Positions 10,976-20,336 of a stretch of DNA of 64,000 nt are shown piece by piece; the stretch's first letter is position 1, and the number at the start of each line of letters is the position of its first letter. This DNA comes from Thermodesulfobacteriota bacterium. GTDB lineage: Bacteria; Desulfobacterota; Binatia; Bin18. Below the pieces are notes generated by a model, which saw nothing but the letters and a program-made list of their open reading frames with translations, had not been told where the DNA came from and did not search any database. The translations under genes and the position numbers were made by a program. The stretch covers positions 4,608,001 to 4,672,000 of the forward strand of contig OZ219926.1 in NCBI GenBank assembly GCA_964291405.2, read 5' to 3'.

Positions 10976-11938
10976 TTGAAAATTCTGAAAATTGCTTTGG
11001 GGTTCGCGCTTAGCCTTGGTTGTGGCTATCTGGCCGTGCGTGACGTGGTGTGGGCCGAAGTCGTGCAAGCTTTCCGCTTCGTAGACCTCGGCCTCCTCAT
11101 CCTTTCGACTCTCTGGCTCAGTCTTGTTTTTCTCGTGCGGGCGTATCGCTGGCAGTTGCTCCTTGCGCCCGTTGCTTCTGTGTCCGTTTCGGTCTTCTTC
11201 TCGGCAACGCTCATCGGGTTTATGGGCAATAATATTCTTCCGTTACGGGCCGGAGAATTGTTGCGGTTGTACGCTCTGGCTCGTTTAGGGCCGGTCTCCA
11301 TGAGCCACGCCCTGGCAACCGGAACCCTGGATCGTGTGTTTGACATGCTGCTCATAAGTCTGCTCCTCGGTATCGGCCTCCCTCTCATTCCTGGTCTGGA
11401 GGGATATACTGCAACAAATGCGCTGTTTCTGGGTCTCATCCTTATTCTGCTCGGATCAGCTTGGTTTCTGGTTCGAGGGGATAATCCGAGGTGGGTGCGA
11501 AGAGTGCCGCAGCGGATACGACCCAGGGTCGAAGAATTCCTGGACAGTCTCCAGGTTCTACGCAGTGGTGCACTCTTCTTGAAGACCCTGGCCCTCTCGA
11601 CGGCGATATGGGGCGGCATGGTAATCTATTTTTGGCTATTATTGTACGCCTGCGCCTTTTCTCTGCCAATTGAAGCGGCGCTCGTCGTTATGCTGCTGCT
11701 GGCTGTGGGTGTTGCGCTACCGGCTGCGCCGGGTTTTGTTGGCGTCTTTCAATATGCCGTGGTACTCGCCTTGTCTTTCTTCTCCGTACCTAAGGAAGAA
11801 GCGCTCAGTTTCTCCATTGTCTCCCACCTTGCCGTGTACGTGCCTGTTACACTAGGTGGTCTCTTCCTTCTGCTGCGCTCCGGCTTATCGCTCTGGCCGT
11901 CTCAATTCGCGTTTGCAAAAAACGAACGAGCGAACTGA
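10976..11938 (+). CDS. Lysylphosphatidylglycerol synthase TM-domain (flippase-like, UPF0104) protein
   Basis: RAYRW, GFMGNNILPLRAGELLR, LPAAPGFVGVFQ; start moved to TTG 10976 because the longer ORF overlaps the tRNA. Confidence 0.88.
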   Translation: MKILKIALGFALSLGCGYLAVRDVVWAEVVQAFRFVDLGLLILSTLWLSLVFLVRAYRWQLLLAPVASVSVSVFFSATLIGFMGNNILPLRAGELLRLYALARLGPVSMSHALATGTLDRVFDMLLISLLLGIGLPLIPGLEGYTATNALFLGLILILLGSAWFLVRGDNPRWVRRVPQRIRPRVEEFLDSLQVLRSGALFLKTLALSTAIWGGMVIYFWLLLYACAFSLPIEAALVVMLLLAVGVALPAAPGFVGVFQYAVVLALSFFSVPKEEALSFSIVSHLAVYVPVTLGGLFLLLRSGLSLWPSQFAFAKNERAN

Positions 11939-11956
11939 AGAATTTTCGCCGCTACC

Positions 11957-13360
11957 ATGCCTGACCGCCGCCTTTCCTCCTGGCTGACTGTTCTCGGTGT
12001 GCTCTCGCTGGTTCTCTATGCCACCATCGCCTGGTTGAGCCAGTCGTTCAGCTATGGTCACGGGCACCAGGACCGGCCGATCTTGAGCTTTGTGGGAGTG
12101 TACGGTGTTGCGTTTATTGTCTATGCCGTAGCGATCTGGCGGGTCAAACGACAGGCTGCCGAGTCTGGACCACTCGCGCTGGTGTTGATCTTTGCCGCTC
12201 TCTTTCGGCTTGTCCTCCTCTTTTCCGAGCCCATTCAGGAGGACGACTTCTATCGTTATCTGTGGGATGGCAAGGTGGTTGCCAGCGGCCTGAATCCCTA
12301 CCGTTTCACTCCACGAGAGGTACAAACGGACAACGGAAGAGAAGGATCGCTCCAACCCTACCGAGAGTTGACAGAAACGGATGCGCACTTTGCCCGGCTC
12401 TTGTCGCGAATAAATCACCCGGACGTGCCGACCCTCTACCCCCCGGTTGCGCAAGCCGTGTTCGGTCTGGCTGCCCTGATTGCACCGGGCAGCTTACTCG
12501 CCTTACGTCTCATCTTCTTCTGCTTTGACCTGGCAGTATGTCTCGTCATTGTCCGATTATTATGCCACCTGGGGAGTTCCCCGCTGTGGGTGCTGGTTTA
12601 CGCCTGGTCACCGCTGGTCATCAAAGAAACGATTAACTCGTCGCACTATGATGTCGTGCCGACCTTTCTGTTGGTGCTGGCCTTGCTGGCGGTTATCACC
12701 GGGCGGCTGTCGGCCGGGTTTCTCAGCCTAGGCGGAGCCATATTGGGAAAGGTCTTTCCTGTTGTCTTGCTACCCCTTTTTGCCTGGCAAGCCTGGCGGC
12801 GTTACGGGCTTGGAAGAGCGTGCGGCGGACTCGCGCTGACCGGTCTGGTGATCACTGGCGGCTATGCCCCATTCGCGGCTGCTGGGAGCGGGCTGTGGCT
12901 GGGGTCTGTCACCTTTGCCGAACACTGGCAAACCAACAGCTTTATCTTCCCCTTATTACATCAGATGACCGCCGACCGCTGGCTGGTGAACGGCATTGTA
13001 GCGGGCTGTCTGATAGGAGCGGTGTGTGTTGCTTTACGCTGGAATAGTAAGGGGAATGACGTCAGGTTCTTACATGGATGTTTCTTTGTGATGGGGGCAT
13101 TGCTCCTACTCAGCCCGGTCGGCAATCCGTGGTATTTTATGTGGGTGATGCCATTTGTCTGCCTCTTTCCGCGTGCTTCCTGGCTACTCTTGTCCGGCCT
13201 CTTAGGGCTATACTACACTGCTTTTTACTTTCTCTATCATGGCGAGCCGGAAATGTTTCGCTGGGTAGTCTGGATTGAATATCTGCCTTTTTACGCTGTA
13301 CTGGCCTGGGAAGCATGGCGGACGAGAGGGGGAGACCCGCGCTGGCATGAAAAGCCATAG
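11957..13360 (+). CDS. GT-C fold membrane glycosyltransferase (GT87/DUF2029-like)
   Basis: EDDFYRYLWDG, RINHPDVPTLYPP, YAWSPL, NPWY; many TM segments. Confidence 0.82.
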   Translation: MPDRRLSSWLTVLGVLSLVLYATIAWLSQSFSYGHGHQDRPILSFVGVYGVAFIVYAVAIWRVKRQAAESGPLALVLIFAALFRLVLLFSEPIQEDDFYRYLWDGKVVASGLNPYRFTPREVQTDNGREGSLQPYRELTETDAHFARLLSRINHPDVPTLYPPVAQAVFGLAALIAPGSLLALRLIFFCFDLAVCLVIVRLLCHLGSSPLWVLVYAWSPLVIKETINSSHYDVVPTFLLVLALLAVITGRLSAGFLSLGGAILGKVFPVVLLPLFAWQAWRRYGLGRACGGLALTGLVITGGYAPFAAAGSGLWLGSVTFAEHWQTNSFIFPLLHQMTADRWLVNGIVAGCLIGAVCVALRWNSKGNDVRFLHGCFFVMGALLLLSPVGNPWYFMWVMPFVCLFPRASWLLLSGLLGLYYTAFYFLYHGEPEMFRWVVWIEYLPFYAVLAWEAWRTRGGDPRWHEKP

Positions 13361-14060
13361 TGTAGCCTGGAAATTTTACGCTGCCTGCCTGAGCGTCGTT
13401 TGCTTCTTGGGAGACAATGTGTCGCTTGCCCGGGCACGTCAGCCGGCAACGATGGCGACGCCGCTTGTTATTTCTTCGGAGTCGAAACAGGTCACCCTCT
13501 ATGGGGTCATCTATCCTAGCCGCTTTAATCGGGCTGAGGGAGACGAGGCGCACTACCATCTGTTGACCTGGAAGGATGGCCACTCCAAGAACGCGCTCAT
13601 TGAAACACCGGTGGATGATCTCGCCTTTCACGACGCTTTGATCAAAATTGGTGGCCAACCGGGTAATACGCTGTCGATGAAGGCATGGACGCAGCGGACC
13701 GACCCGGACAATCCTGCCTCGCAGCAGAAGGCCAGGGGCAGCCGCTTTGCCGTTTTTCTCTCCTGGCAGGACGAGCCCAAGCGCCTCCCGATCCACCACA
13801 TTTTCCGTTTGTCTCCTTCGGACCCCCAGCCTCCGGCCTGGAGTTTCGAAGGCAATCGGGACCGCTGGTTTAATCATGTGCCGTTTGCCCTGCGGCCGGG
13901 CTGCCTGGTGTGTTTATACAGTTGCCCGAGCGGCAAGCTCAGCAACAGCAGGTTGAGTATCGCCGACTATATGACCCAGCCAAGGCGGTTTCAGATAGAT
14001 GCGGAGAAATTGCCGCCTGATAATACCCCCGTGCAGGTTACCTTCGATCTGCTGCCGTAA
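13347..14060 (+). CDS. YdjY-like exported protein with CxxCxxxC motif
   Basis: GCLVCLYSCPSGKLSN; FHDALIKIGGQPGNTL; N-terminal signal-like segment; ATG 13347 overlaps the upstream gene end. Confidence 0.7.
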   Translation: MKSHSVAWKFYAACLSVVCFLGDNVSLARARQPATMATPLVISSESKQVTLYGVIYPSRFNRAEGDEAHYHLLTWKDGHSKNALIETPVDDLAFHDALIKIGGQPGNTLSMKAWTQRTDPDNPASQQKARGSRFAVFLSWQDEPKRLPIHHIFRLSPSDPQPPAWSFEGNRDRWFNHVPFALRPGCLVCLYSCPSGKLSNSRLSIADYMTQPRRFQIDAEKLPPDNTPVQVTFDLLP

Positions 14061-14063
14061 GCT

Positions 14064-14774
14064 ATGAACAGAGAGCTCCCGGAACAGCCGCGGATTGCGG
14101 TGGTTATTCCTGCCCTCAACGAAGAGGCATCCCTGCCCAAGGTATTTGGAGACTTGCCGTGGGAGCGGCTCGCAGAAGTCGTGGTTGTAGACAACGGGTC
14201 ATCCGACCGGACTGTAGCGGTGGCCCAAGCGCATGGGGCGACCGTTCTCAGTGAACCGCGTCGCGGCTATGGCTGGGCCTGTCTGGCGGGTATTGAGTAT
14301 CTGAAGGACAAACAACCCGATATCCTCGTTTTTCTCGATGGCGATTACAGCGATTATCCTGACGAACTCAGCGACGTTGTGCGGCCCATTCTTGAGGAAG
14401 GATATGATATGGTGATCGGCTCCCGGCCGCAGCGAGCCGGAACGGGAGCGTTGCTCTCTCATGCGCGGTGGGGCAATGCGCTAGCAACGTGGCTCATCCG
14501 CCTCCTGTACGGGTTTAGCTATACGGATCTTGGGCCGTTTCGCGCTATCCGCTTTCCGAAACTCCTGGCCATCGATATGCAAGATAAAACCTATGGCTGG
14601 ACAGTCGAAATGCAGATTAAGGCTATCCGCCACGGGCTCCGCATCACTGAGGTGTCGGTTCGCTATCGTCAGCGGATTGGTACCTCAAAAGTGAGCGGGA
14701 CGATCAAAGGGACCATATTAGCTGGGTGGAAAATCCTCTGGACGGTCTTTCGATACGCGAGGCGAGCCGCATGA
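14064..14774 (+). CDS. Glycosyltransferase family 2 (polyprenol-phosphate glycosyltransferase-like)
   Basis: VIPALNEE, VVDNGSSD, FLDGDYSD, TDLGPFRAI, YGWTVEMQ. Confidence 0.9.
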   Translation: MNRELPEQPRIAVVIPALNEEASLPKVFGDLPWERLAEVVVVDNGSSDRTVAVAQAHGATVLSEPRRGYGWACLAGIEYLKDKQPDILVFLDGDYSDYPDELSDVVRPILEEGYDMVIGSRPQRAGTGALLSHARWGNALATWLIRLLYGFSYTDLGPFRAIRFPKLLAIDMQDKTYGWTVEMQIKAIRHGLRITEVSVRYRQRIGTSKVSGTIKGTILAGWKILWTVFRYARRAA

Positions 14775-15088
14775 CAGACACCACAATGGAATGGAATGTA
14801 GCCTTTTCCCCGGACGAGGTCATCTCTCGCCTCGAAAACCTGTTTCGTCAGTATGACTATACGTATACCCAGGAAGACAGAGACGCGGACCGGTATTACC
14901 GGATGTCCCTCGGCCAGGGAACGCTTGAGCTGGTTATGCATCCGCTCGAACCGAAGCGTAGCCCGTTCAGCCCCACGCTTCTTATCCAGCGCACGCTTCT
15001 GCGTATTTCGTATAAAAATGTCGCTGGAGCGGACCAGGCACGCTTTAAGCACCAACTGACCATGGCTTTTCTGCGGGTAGGGGGTTGA
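14771..15088 (+). CDS. Hypothetical protein (105 aa), C-terminus FLRVGG
   Basis: ATGA overlap with the upstream GT2 and TGATG overlap with the downstream gene indicate translational coupling. Confidence 0.7.
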   Translation: MTDTTMEWNVAFSPDEVISRLENLFRQYDYTYTQEDRDADRYYRMSLGQGTLELVMHPLEPKRSPFSPTLLIQRTLLRISYKNVAGADQARFKHQLTMAFLRVGG

Positions 15089-15765
15089 TGCACGTCAGCG
15101 TTATCATCCCGACACTGAACGAGGCTGGAACCATTGAGCGGACGCTCAGCCGAGTTCGACAGGCGAGTGCCTGCGAGATCATTGTTGTGGATGGCGGCAG
15201 TGAGGATGGTACGGCGGAGTGCGCGCGCCCATACGTTGACCGGATCGTGGTCGCGCCGCGTGGTCGCGCCCGTCAGATGAATGCCGGAGCCCGAGCAGCA
15301 AGCGGGGGAGCCCTGCTCTTTCTCCATGCGGATACCATCCCTCCAGAACAGTTTTCTGAGCTGGTCGCGAATGCTCTGGCCGACCCTGAGGTTGTGGGCG
15401 GCCGGTTTGACGTCCATGTGGACGCTCCGGGCTGGCCCTTCCGGGTGATCGGTAGCCTGATGAATATTCGTTCCCGTCTGACCGGTATTGCCACCGGCGA
15501 TCAGGGGATTTTCGTTCGTCGTGAAGTGTTTGAAACAACTGGCGGCTATCCGGAGTGGGATATCATGGAAGACCTGGAATTCAGCTGTCGGCTTAAACGG
15601 GCAGGAAAGATCGCCTGCCTACGGGCACGGGTGAAAACCTCCGCCCGCCGCTGGCAGAAGCACGGCGTCACAAAAACCATTCTGCTCATGTGGGGGCTGC
15701 GGCTATGCCATTTCTTTGGCGTTTCGCCGTCCGCACTCAAAACATTTTATGCGGATACGCGCTAA
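15088..15765 (+). CDS. GT2 glycosyltransferase, TIGR04283-like (arsenosugar/rSAM-associated type)
   Basis: SVIIPTLNE, VVDGGSEDGT, GRARQMNAGA, LLFLHADT, GDQGIF, IMED, TSARRW. Confidence 0.85.
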   Translation: MHVSVIIPTLNEAGTIERTLSRVRQASACEIIVVDGGSEDGTAECARPYVDRIVVAPRGRARQMNAGARAASGGALLFLHADTIPPEQFSELVANALADPEVVGGRFDVHVDAPGWPFRVIGSLMNIRSRLTGIATGDQGIFVRREVFETTGGYPEWDIMEDLEFSCRLKRAGKIACLRARVKTSARRWQKHGVTKTILLMWGLRLCHFFGVSPSALKTFYADTR

Positions 15766-15837
15766 GGGCGGAGAAAAAGGGGCAGATCTTGCCGCGCCCC
15801 TCCTCTGTATAGGCCCGTGATCTGTTCCAGCGATGGG

Positions 15838-16761
15838 CTACTGTACCGACCCTTCGTAAATCCCCATCACGGTGTCCAGGAATTTGTGCGCGTCTTCTTT
15901 TATGCGCTGAAAGGAGTTCCGACCAATAATCGATCCAAACCCGCCGCCGTCACGAATCGCGCGGACTTCGTCGAAGAATTCCTCATCGCCTTTGGCCGCA
16001 CCGCCCGAGAAGATGACAATCCGTTTGTTGTTGAACGCACTCTGTACGACGTGGCGGACACGTTCGGCCGGCGTTTCAATGGGTACGTGATGTTTCTGAT
16101 ACGCCTTTTGCGCCTCGGATAATTCAATATGACTGCTGGGCAGCTTGACCTTAATGATATGCGCCCCCATCTGGGCGGCAATCTGCGCGGCATAGGCCAC
16201 GACATCAATCGCCGTCTCCCCAGCCTTACTCAGGTCCGAGCCGCGCGGGTAGGACCACACGACGACCGCCAGCCCCTTGGACTTGGCCTCTTTAGTGATT
16301 TCCCGCAGTTGTTCGTACATGGTCTGGGCCGCGGATGAGCCCGGATAGATCGTAAACCCAACTGCGGCACAGCCGAGCCGGAGCGCGTCGTCAACGCTGC
16401 TCGTGACCGCCGACAGGGGGTCTTTTTCATCGTGCAGTACGTCGTGATTGTTGAGCTTGAGGATAAGGGGAACCCGGTCGAGGAAAGTATCGGCTCCAGC
16501 TTCGAGAAAGCCCAGCGGGGCGGCATAAGCATTACAGCCGGCGTCAATGGCAAGCTGGAAGTGGTAGTCCGGGTCGTAGCCTGAGGGATTCGGTGCAAAG
16601 CTCCGAGCCGGCCCGTGCTCAAAGCCCTGGTCAACCGGCAGGATGACCAGCTTTCCGGTGCCGCCGAGGCGGCCATGGTTGAGTAAGCGGGCGATATTCG
16701 TCCGCGAGCCAGGATTGTCACCATCATACCAACTCAGAATTTCTTGTACGCGCTCCGTCAT
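15838..16761 (-). CDS. fbaB: Class I fructose-bisphosphate aldolase (DhnA/FbaB type)
   Basis: ILPVDQGFEHGP, WSYPRG, HIIKVK (Schiff-base Lys), GSIIGRNSFQR. Confidence 0.92.
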   Translation of the reverse strand: MTERVQEILSWYDGDNPGSRTNIARLLNHGRLGGTGKLVILPVDQGFEHGPARSFAPNPSGYDPDYHFQLAIDAGCNAYAAPLGFLEAGADTFLDRVPLILKLNNHDVLHDEKDPLSAVTSSVDDALRLGCAAVGFTIYPGSSAAQTMYEQLREITKEAKSKGLAVVVWSYPRGSDLSKAGETAIDVVAYAAQIAAQMGAHIIKVKLPSSHIELSEAQKAYQKHHVPIETPAERVRHVVQSAFNNKRIVIFSGGAAKGDEEFFDEVRAIRDGGGFGSIIGRNSFQRIKEDAHKFLDTVMGIYEGSVQ

Positions 16762-16807
16762 GGTCCTACCTCCTCACGTGCGTTCTTGAGATACATATCA
16801 GTGCCGT

Positions 16808-17803
16808 TTATGCATAAAAAGACTCTGCCGTTTCCACATCCTCGGCGCTGCCAATGAAGAGGGGGGTACGCTGGTGCAGAGCCTCGGGAACAAGGTCCAG
16901 GATCGGCCGCCGACCGTTACTGGCCCGGCCGCCGGCTTGTTCGATGACCAAGGCCATAGGCGCGGCCTCGTACATCAGCCGTAGCTTGCCGTTCGTGTTC
17001 TTGGGGTCGGCTGGATAGATAAAGATGCCGCCTTTCAGCAAGGTGCGGTGGAAATCCGCGACAAAGGAACCGACGTAGCGCCCGGAGTAGGGCCGTCCGG
17101 AGGCTTTGTCTTTCTGTTGCACGTATTCGACGTAGTGTCGCGTTTCGGGAAACCAGTCGTTGCGGCGGCCTTCGTTGATGCTATACGTCGAGCCACGGCG
17201 CGGAATATGAATATTCTCGTGCGACAGAAAAAAATCGCCAATACCGGGGTCAAGGGTAAAACCGTGCACGCCCGCGCCCGCGGTATAGACCAGCATGGTA
17301 TTGGGACCATACAACGCATAGCCGGCTGCAACCTGGTCTCTGCCCTTGAGGTGGAGCGCCTTTTTTAAGGTTTCACCGCTACCCGCCGGACGACGGTGTA
17401 TGGAGAAAATGGAGCCAATTGTGACATCGACGTCGATATTGGACGAGCCGTCCAGCGGATCGACAAAGACAACATACTTCCCCTTGTCGGCATTCCCCAG
17501 GATCTGGGCTGGCTGGTCCATCTCTTCGGACACCATGTCCGACACGAGTTCGCCGTAGGCAAACGATTCGAGGAAGGCGTCATTCGAGATTTCGTCTAAT
17601 TTCTGAACGATTTCGCCCTGGATGTTGATCTCGTCTTTTGCCCCGAGCGCCCCGGTCAGCCCGGCAACCCTCAGCCGTCGGGAGATTCTCTTTGCGGCCA
17701 GCGCAATTTGGGACAAGAGAATGGAGAATTCTCCAGTTGCCCCTGGATGTTGCTGTTGTTGCATGAGAATATGACGGGTTAACGTGATCCTCTCGTCGGA
17801 CAT
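16808..17803 (-). CDS. fbp: Class I fructose-1,6-bisphosphatase
   Basis: DPLDGSSNID, RYVGSFVADFHRTLLKGG, GKLRLMYE. Confidence 0.96.
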   Translation of the reverse strand: MSDERITLTRHILMQQQQHPGATGEFSILLSQIALAAKRISRRLRVAGLTGALGAKDEINIQGEIVQKLDEISNDAFLESFAYGELVSDMVSEEMDQPAQILGNADKGKYVVFVDPLDGSSNIDVDVTIGSIFSIHRRPAGSGETLKKALHLKGRDQVAAGYALYGPNTMLVYTAGAGVHGFTLDPGIGDFFLSHENIHIPRRGSTYSINEGRRNDWFPETRHYVEYVQQKDKASGRPYSGRYVGSFVADFHRTLLKGGIFIYPADPKNTNGKLRLMYEAAPMALVIEQAGGRASNGRRPILDLVPEALHQRTPLFIGSAEDVETAESFYA

Positions 17804-17921
17804 ACCATCCTCCTTACGCAGCTATTCTTCATATTACACGACCCGGTTTTCTTTCCTATCACAGGAAAGCAGGGAGCGCCAAAGCGGGTGCTGTCCTGCG
17901 CGTACAGGAGAGCGCGGCGCT

Positions 17922-18074
17922 CTAAATTATAGGCGAGTCAAAGACTGGTGAGACGTGTTCCAAGCGCTCTGCCGCGGGTGTTTGCTCTTGCCAAAACTCC
18001 GCCCGCGCAAGACTGAAAACGAGGGCTGCGCCAACGAGATAGACCAGGGAGAGCCATGCATGCCTGGCGCCCAT
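17922..18074 (-). CDS. Possible small membrane or exported peptide (50 aa)
   Basis: MGARHAWLSLVYLVGAALVFSLARAEFW...; fills the gap after the hydrolase gene; RBS is weak. Confidence 0.3.
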   Translation of the reverse strand: MGARHAWLSLVYLVGAALVFSLARAEFWQEQTPAAERLEHVSPVFDSPII

Positions 18075-18087
18075 ATCAGTGTGCACT

Positions 18088-18909
18088 TCACTGCAAAAAC
18101 CGCGTGACGACCTCTGCCGTGTGTTGCGGCTGTTCAAGCCAGAGGGCATGCGCGGCGTCCGCAACCCGGACAAGCTCGGCCTCGGGTAAGCCGGCCTGAT
18201 ACACATCGGCTACCGCGGTTGGCACAAGCCGATCTCCCGCAGCGGAGACAAGAAGCGTCGGAGTTGTGACGCGGTAGAGACGGTCTTTCAGGCGAGGGTT
18301 GTAGAGCGACGGGGGGGTCCAGCCGATACGGGCCGAGACCATCTGCGCCTTATAGAATAAAAACTGGGACTCGGGTGACATGTCATCCGGGATAGCTCCC
18401 ATGGCCAATTCCGAATTCTGGTCAGAAAAGATCAACTCCCGGACTTCATGGTTGCCGCCTTCCGCCTTGGGTGTCACGGCATAGAAGAAATTGCCGATTC
18501 GGGCTTCCGGCGTAGAGATGCCGAGCGGGTTAACGAGCACGAGTTTGTGTAAGCGGTGCGCATGCCGGGTTGCCAGTTCGGTTGCGACCCAGCCACCTAG
18601 GGCCGTGCCGACCAGGTGTACGGTGTCCAGTTTCAAGGCATCCAGCACATCGAGGCAGAAGAAGACCATGTCCTCAACCGTCTCTAACTCGTCATAGCCC
18701 TCGGTCTCCGCATAGCCGGGTAGGGCGGGTGCGTAGATGGTAAACGACTGCGCGAGAGCTTCGTGAAAAGTGGTTAGCCCACTGTCGGCCGGGAGGCTAT
18801 GCAGGTCCGCAACCAGGCCGTGCAGATAGAGTAGGGGAGGGCCAGAACCGTCTTGCAGGAGGTGGACTTTCTGGTTGCGGATGGTCAAGGTTTCTGAGCG
18901 GAGTGTCAT
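18088..18909 (-). CDS. Alpha/beta-hydrolase fold protein (nucleophile Ser replaced by Ala)
   Basis: LLYLHG, ALPGYA, HLVGTALGGW, C-terminal AAH; start moved to ATG 18909. Confidence 0.85.
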   Translation of the reverse strand: MTLRSETLTIRNQKVHLLQDGSGPPLLYLHGLVADLHSLPADSGLTTFHEALAQSFTIYAPALPGYAETEGYDELETVEDMVFFCLDVLDALKLDTVHLVGTALGGWVATELATRHAHRLHKLVLVNPLGISTPEARIGNFFYAVTPKAEGGNHEVRELIFSDQNSELAMGAIPDDMSPESQFLFYKAQMVSARIGWTPPSLYNPRLKDRLYRVTTPTLLVSAAGDRLVPTAVADVYQAGLPEAELVRVADAAHALWLEQPQHTAEVVTRFLQ

Positions 18910-18993
18910 AGTAAGGTGTCCTGTCAGTCTGGATCGTGCACGTGCAAGACAAGAGGAGCCGGAAGGCTGGAGCAACCGGTCTCGCTATCTTGT

Positions 18994-20235
18994 TCAGGCC
19001 GAAGCCGGAGCGGGCTGGGCGTCCAGTGCAGGGGCAGGCTCAAACTCTGCTCCGACGTGTCTGCGCACATAGGGAAAGACTTCGCCGGCCAGCAGTTCCA
19101 TATTCTTGCGGGTCAGATGATCGGGTAGGCTGCCGAACTGCGGTAGGGCAAGAATATGTCCGACCTTGAACTCCGCTACGTATTTGAGGAGTTGTTCCCG
19201 TACCGTCTGCGGACTGCCAATCAGGACCGAGCCGCCCGCTTCGATATCATCCCAATTCTTGGCATGGCCGAGTTGCCAGTTGCTCTCCGAGGCATGGCCG
19301 CTGCCCGGATCGTTGAGTTCCTGGAGACGCTGGAGCGATCGGAGCGAGGTGTAGCCCGGAGGCATCCAGGTTCGGCCCTTACCGGCAAAGCCTTTGAGCA
19401 GCTTGTCAATGAAATACCAGATATGTTCTTCCGCTTCTTCTCGTGCCTTCTGGTCGGTTTCCGCCACATACATGGGAACCAGCCAGCCCAGCATTTCCGG
19501 GTGATAGGGAGACGAGCCAACCCGCGCCACGGTCTCTTGAAAGAAGGCCGCATTCCGACGAAAAGCCTCAACGTGCGAGTAGGTCAGGGCCGCATAAATA
19601 AGCCCTTTCTGGGCGACGAACTCCATGGTTTCAATACTACCCACCCCGGGAATCCACACGGGCGGGTGCGGGGACTGTACGGGTCGTGGCCAGGTGTTGA
19701 CGTATTGGAGCGGAAAATGTTTGCCCTCCCAGGAGAACGGGCCTGGGTCGGTCCAGGCTTTGAGAATGAGCTCGGTGGCTTCGCGGAAGCGTTCTCGGGC
19801 ATAGGTCGGATTCTTGCTGTACGAATAGTACTCGGGGCCACCGCCGACGACAAAGCCGCAGTCAAATCTCCCCCGGAACATATTGTCGAGCATGGCAAAT
19901 TCTTCGGCGACTTTGAGCGGGACATCGTAGAGCGGCAGGCCGTTGCCCAGCACCATGACACGGGCCTGTGTGATCCGCTGTGACAGCGCGGCGGCGATCA
20001 AATTGGGCGAAGGCATAATACCATAGGCATTCTGGTGATGCTCATTGATGACCACCCCGTCGAAGCCCAGCGTATCGGCATAGGCGAGCTGATCGATATA
20101 CTGATGATAGACCTCCGGGCCACGCTCGGGGTCAAACAGGCTGTTTGAACACGTGACCCAAGCCGTGTCGTATTGCTCGGTAAAATTCTCGGGCAGATGT
20201 GGCCACGGCATGAGATGAAACATCCAGAATTTCAT
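18994..20235 (-). CDS. LLM (luciferase-like) flavin-dependent oxidoreductase
   Basis: GFDGVVINEHH, VAEEFAMLD, WPRPVQSPHPPVW. Confidence 0.92.
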   Translation of the reverse strand: MKFWMFHLMPWPHLPENFTEQYDTAWVTCSNSLFDPERGPEVYHQYIDQLAYADTLGFDGVVINEHHQNAYGIMPSPNLIAAALSQRITQARVMVLGNGLPLYDVPLKVAEEFAMLDNMFRGRFDCGFVVGGGPEYYSYSKNPTYARERFREATELILKAWTDPGPFSWEGKHFPLQYVNTWPRPVQSPHPPVWIPGVGSIETMEFVAQKGLIYAALTYSHVEAFRRNAAFFQETVARVGSSPYHPEMLGWLVPMYVAETDQKAREEAEEHIWYFIDKLLKGFAGKGRTWMPPGYTSLRSLQRLQELNDPGSGHASESNWQLGHAKNWDDIEAGGSVLIGSPQTVREQLLKYVAEFKVGHILALPQFGSLPDHLTRKNMELLAGEVFPYVRRHVGAEFEPAPALDAQPAPASA

Positions 20236-20336
20236 AGGCTTTCCCTTTGCGCAGTGAGTATCCGCCTCTGACTACCACAGATAGTCGCAGGAGCGCAAAG
20301 GCGGGCGCAGGGCGGAGCACCAGCGGGAAGAGCGGG

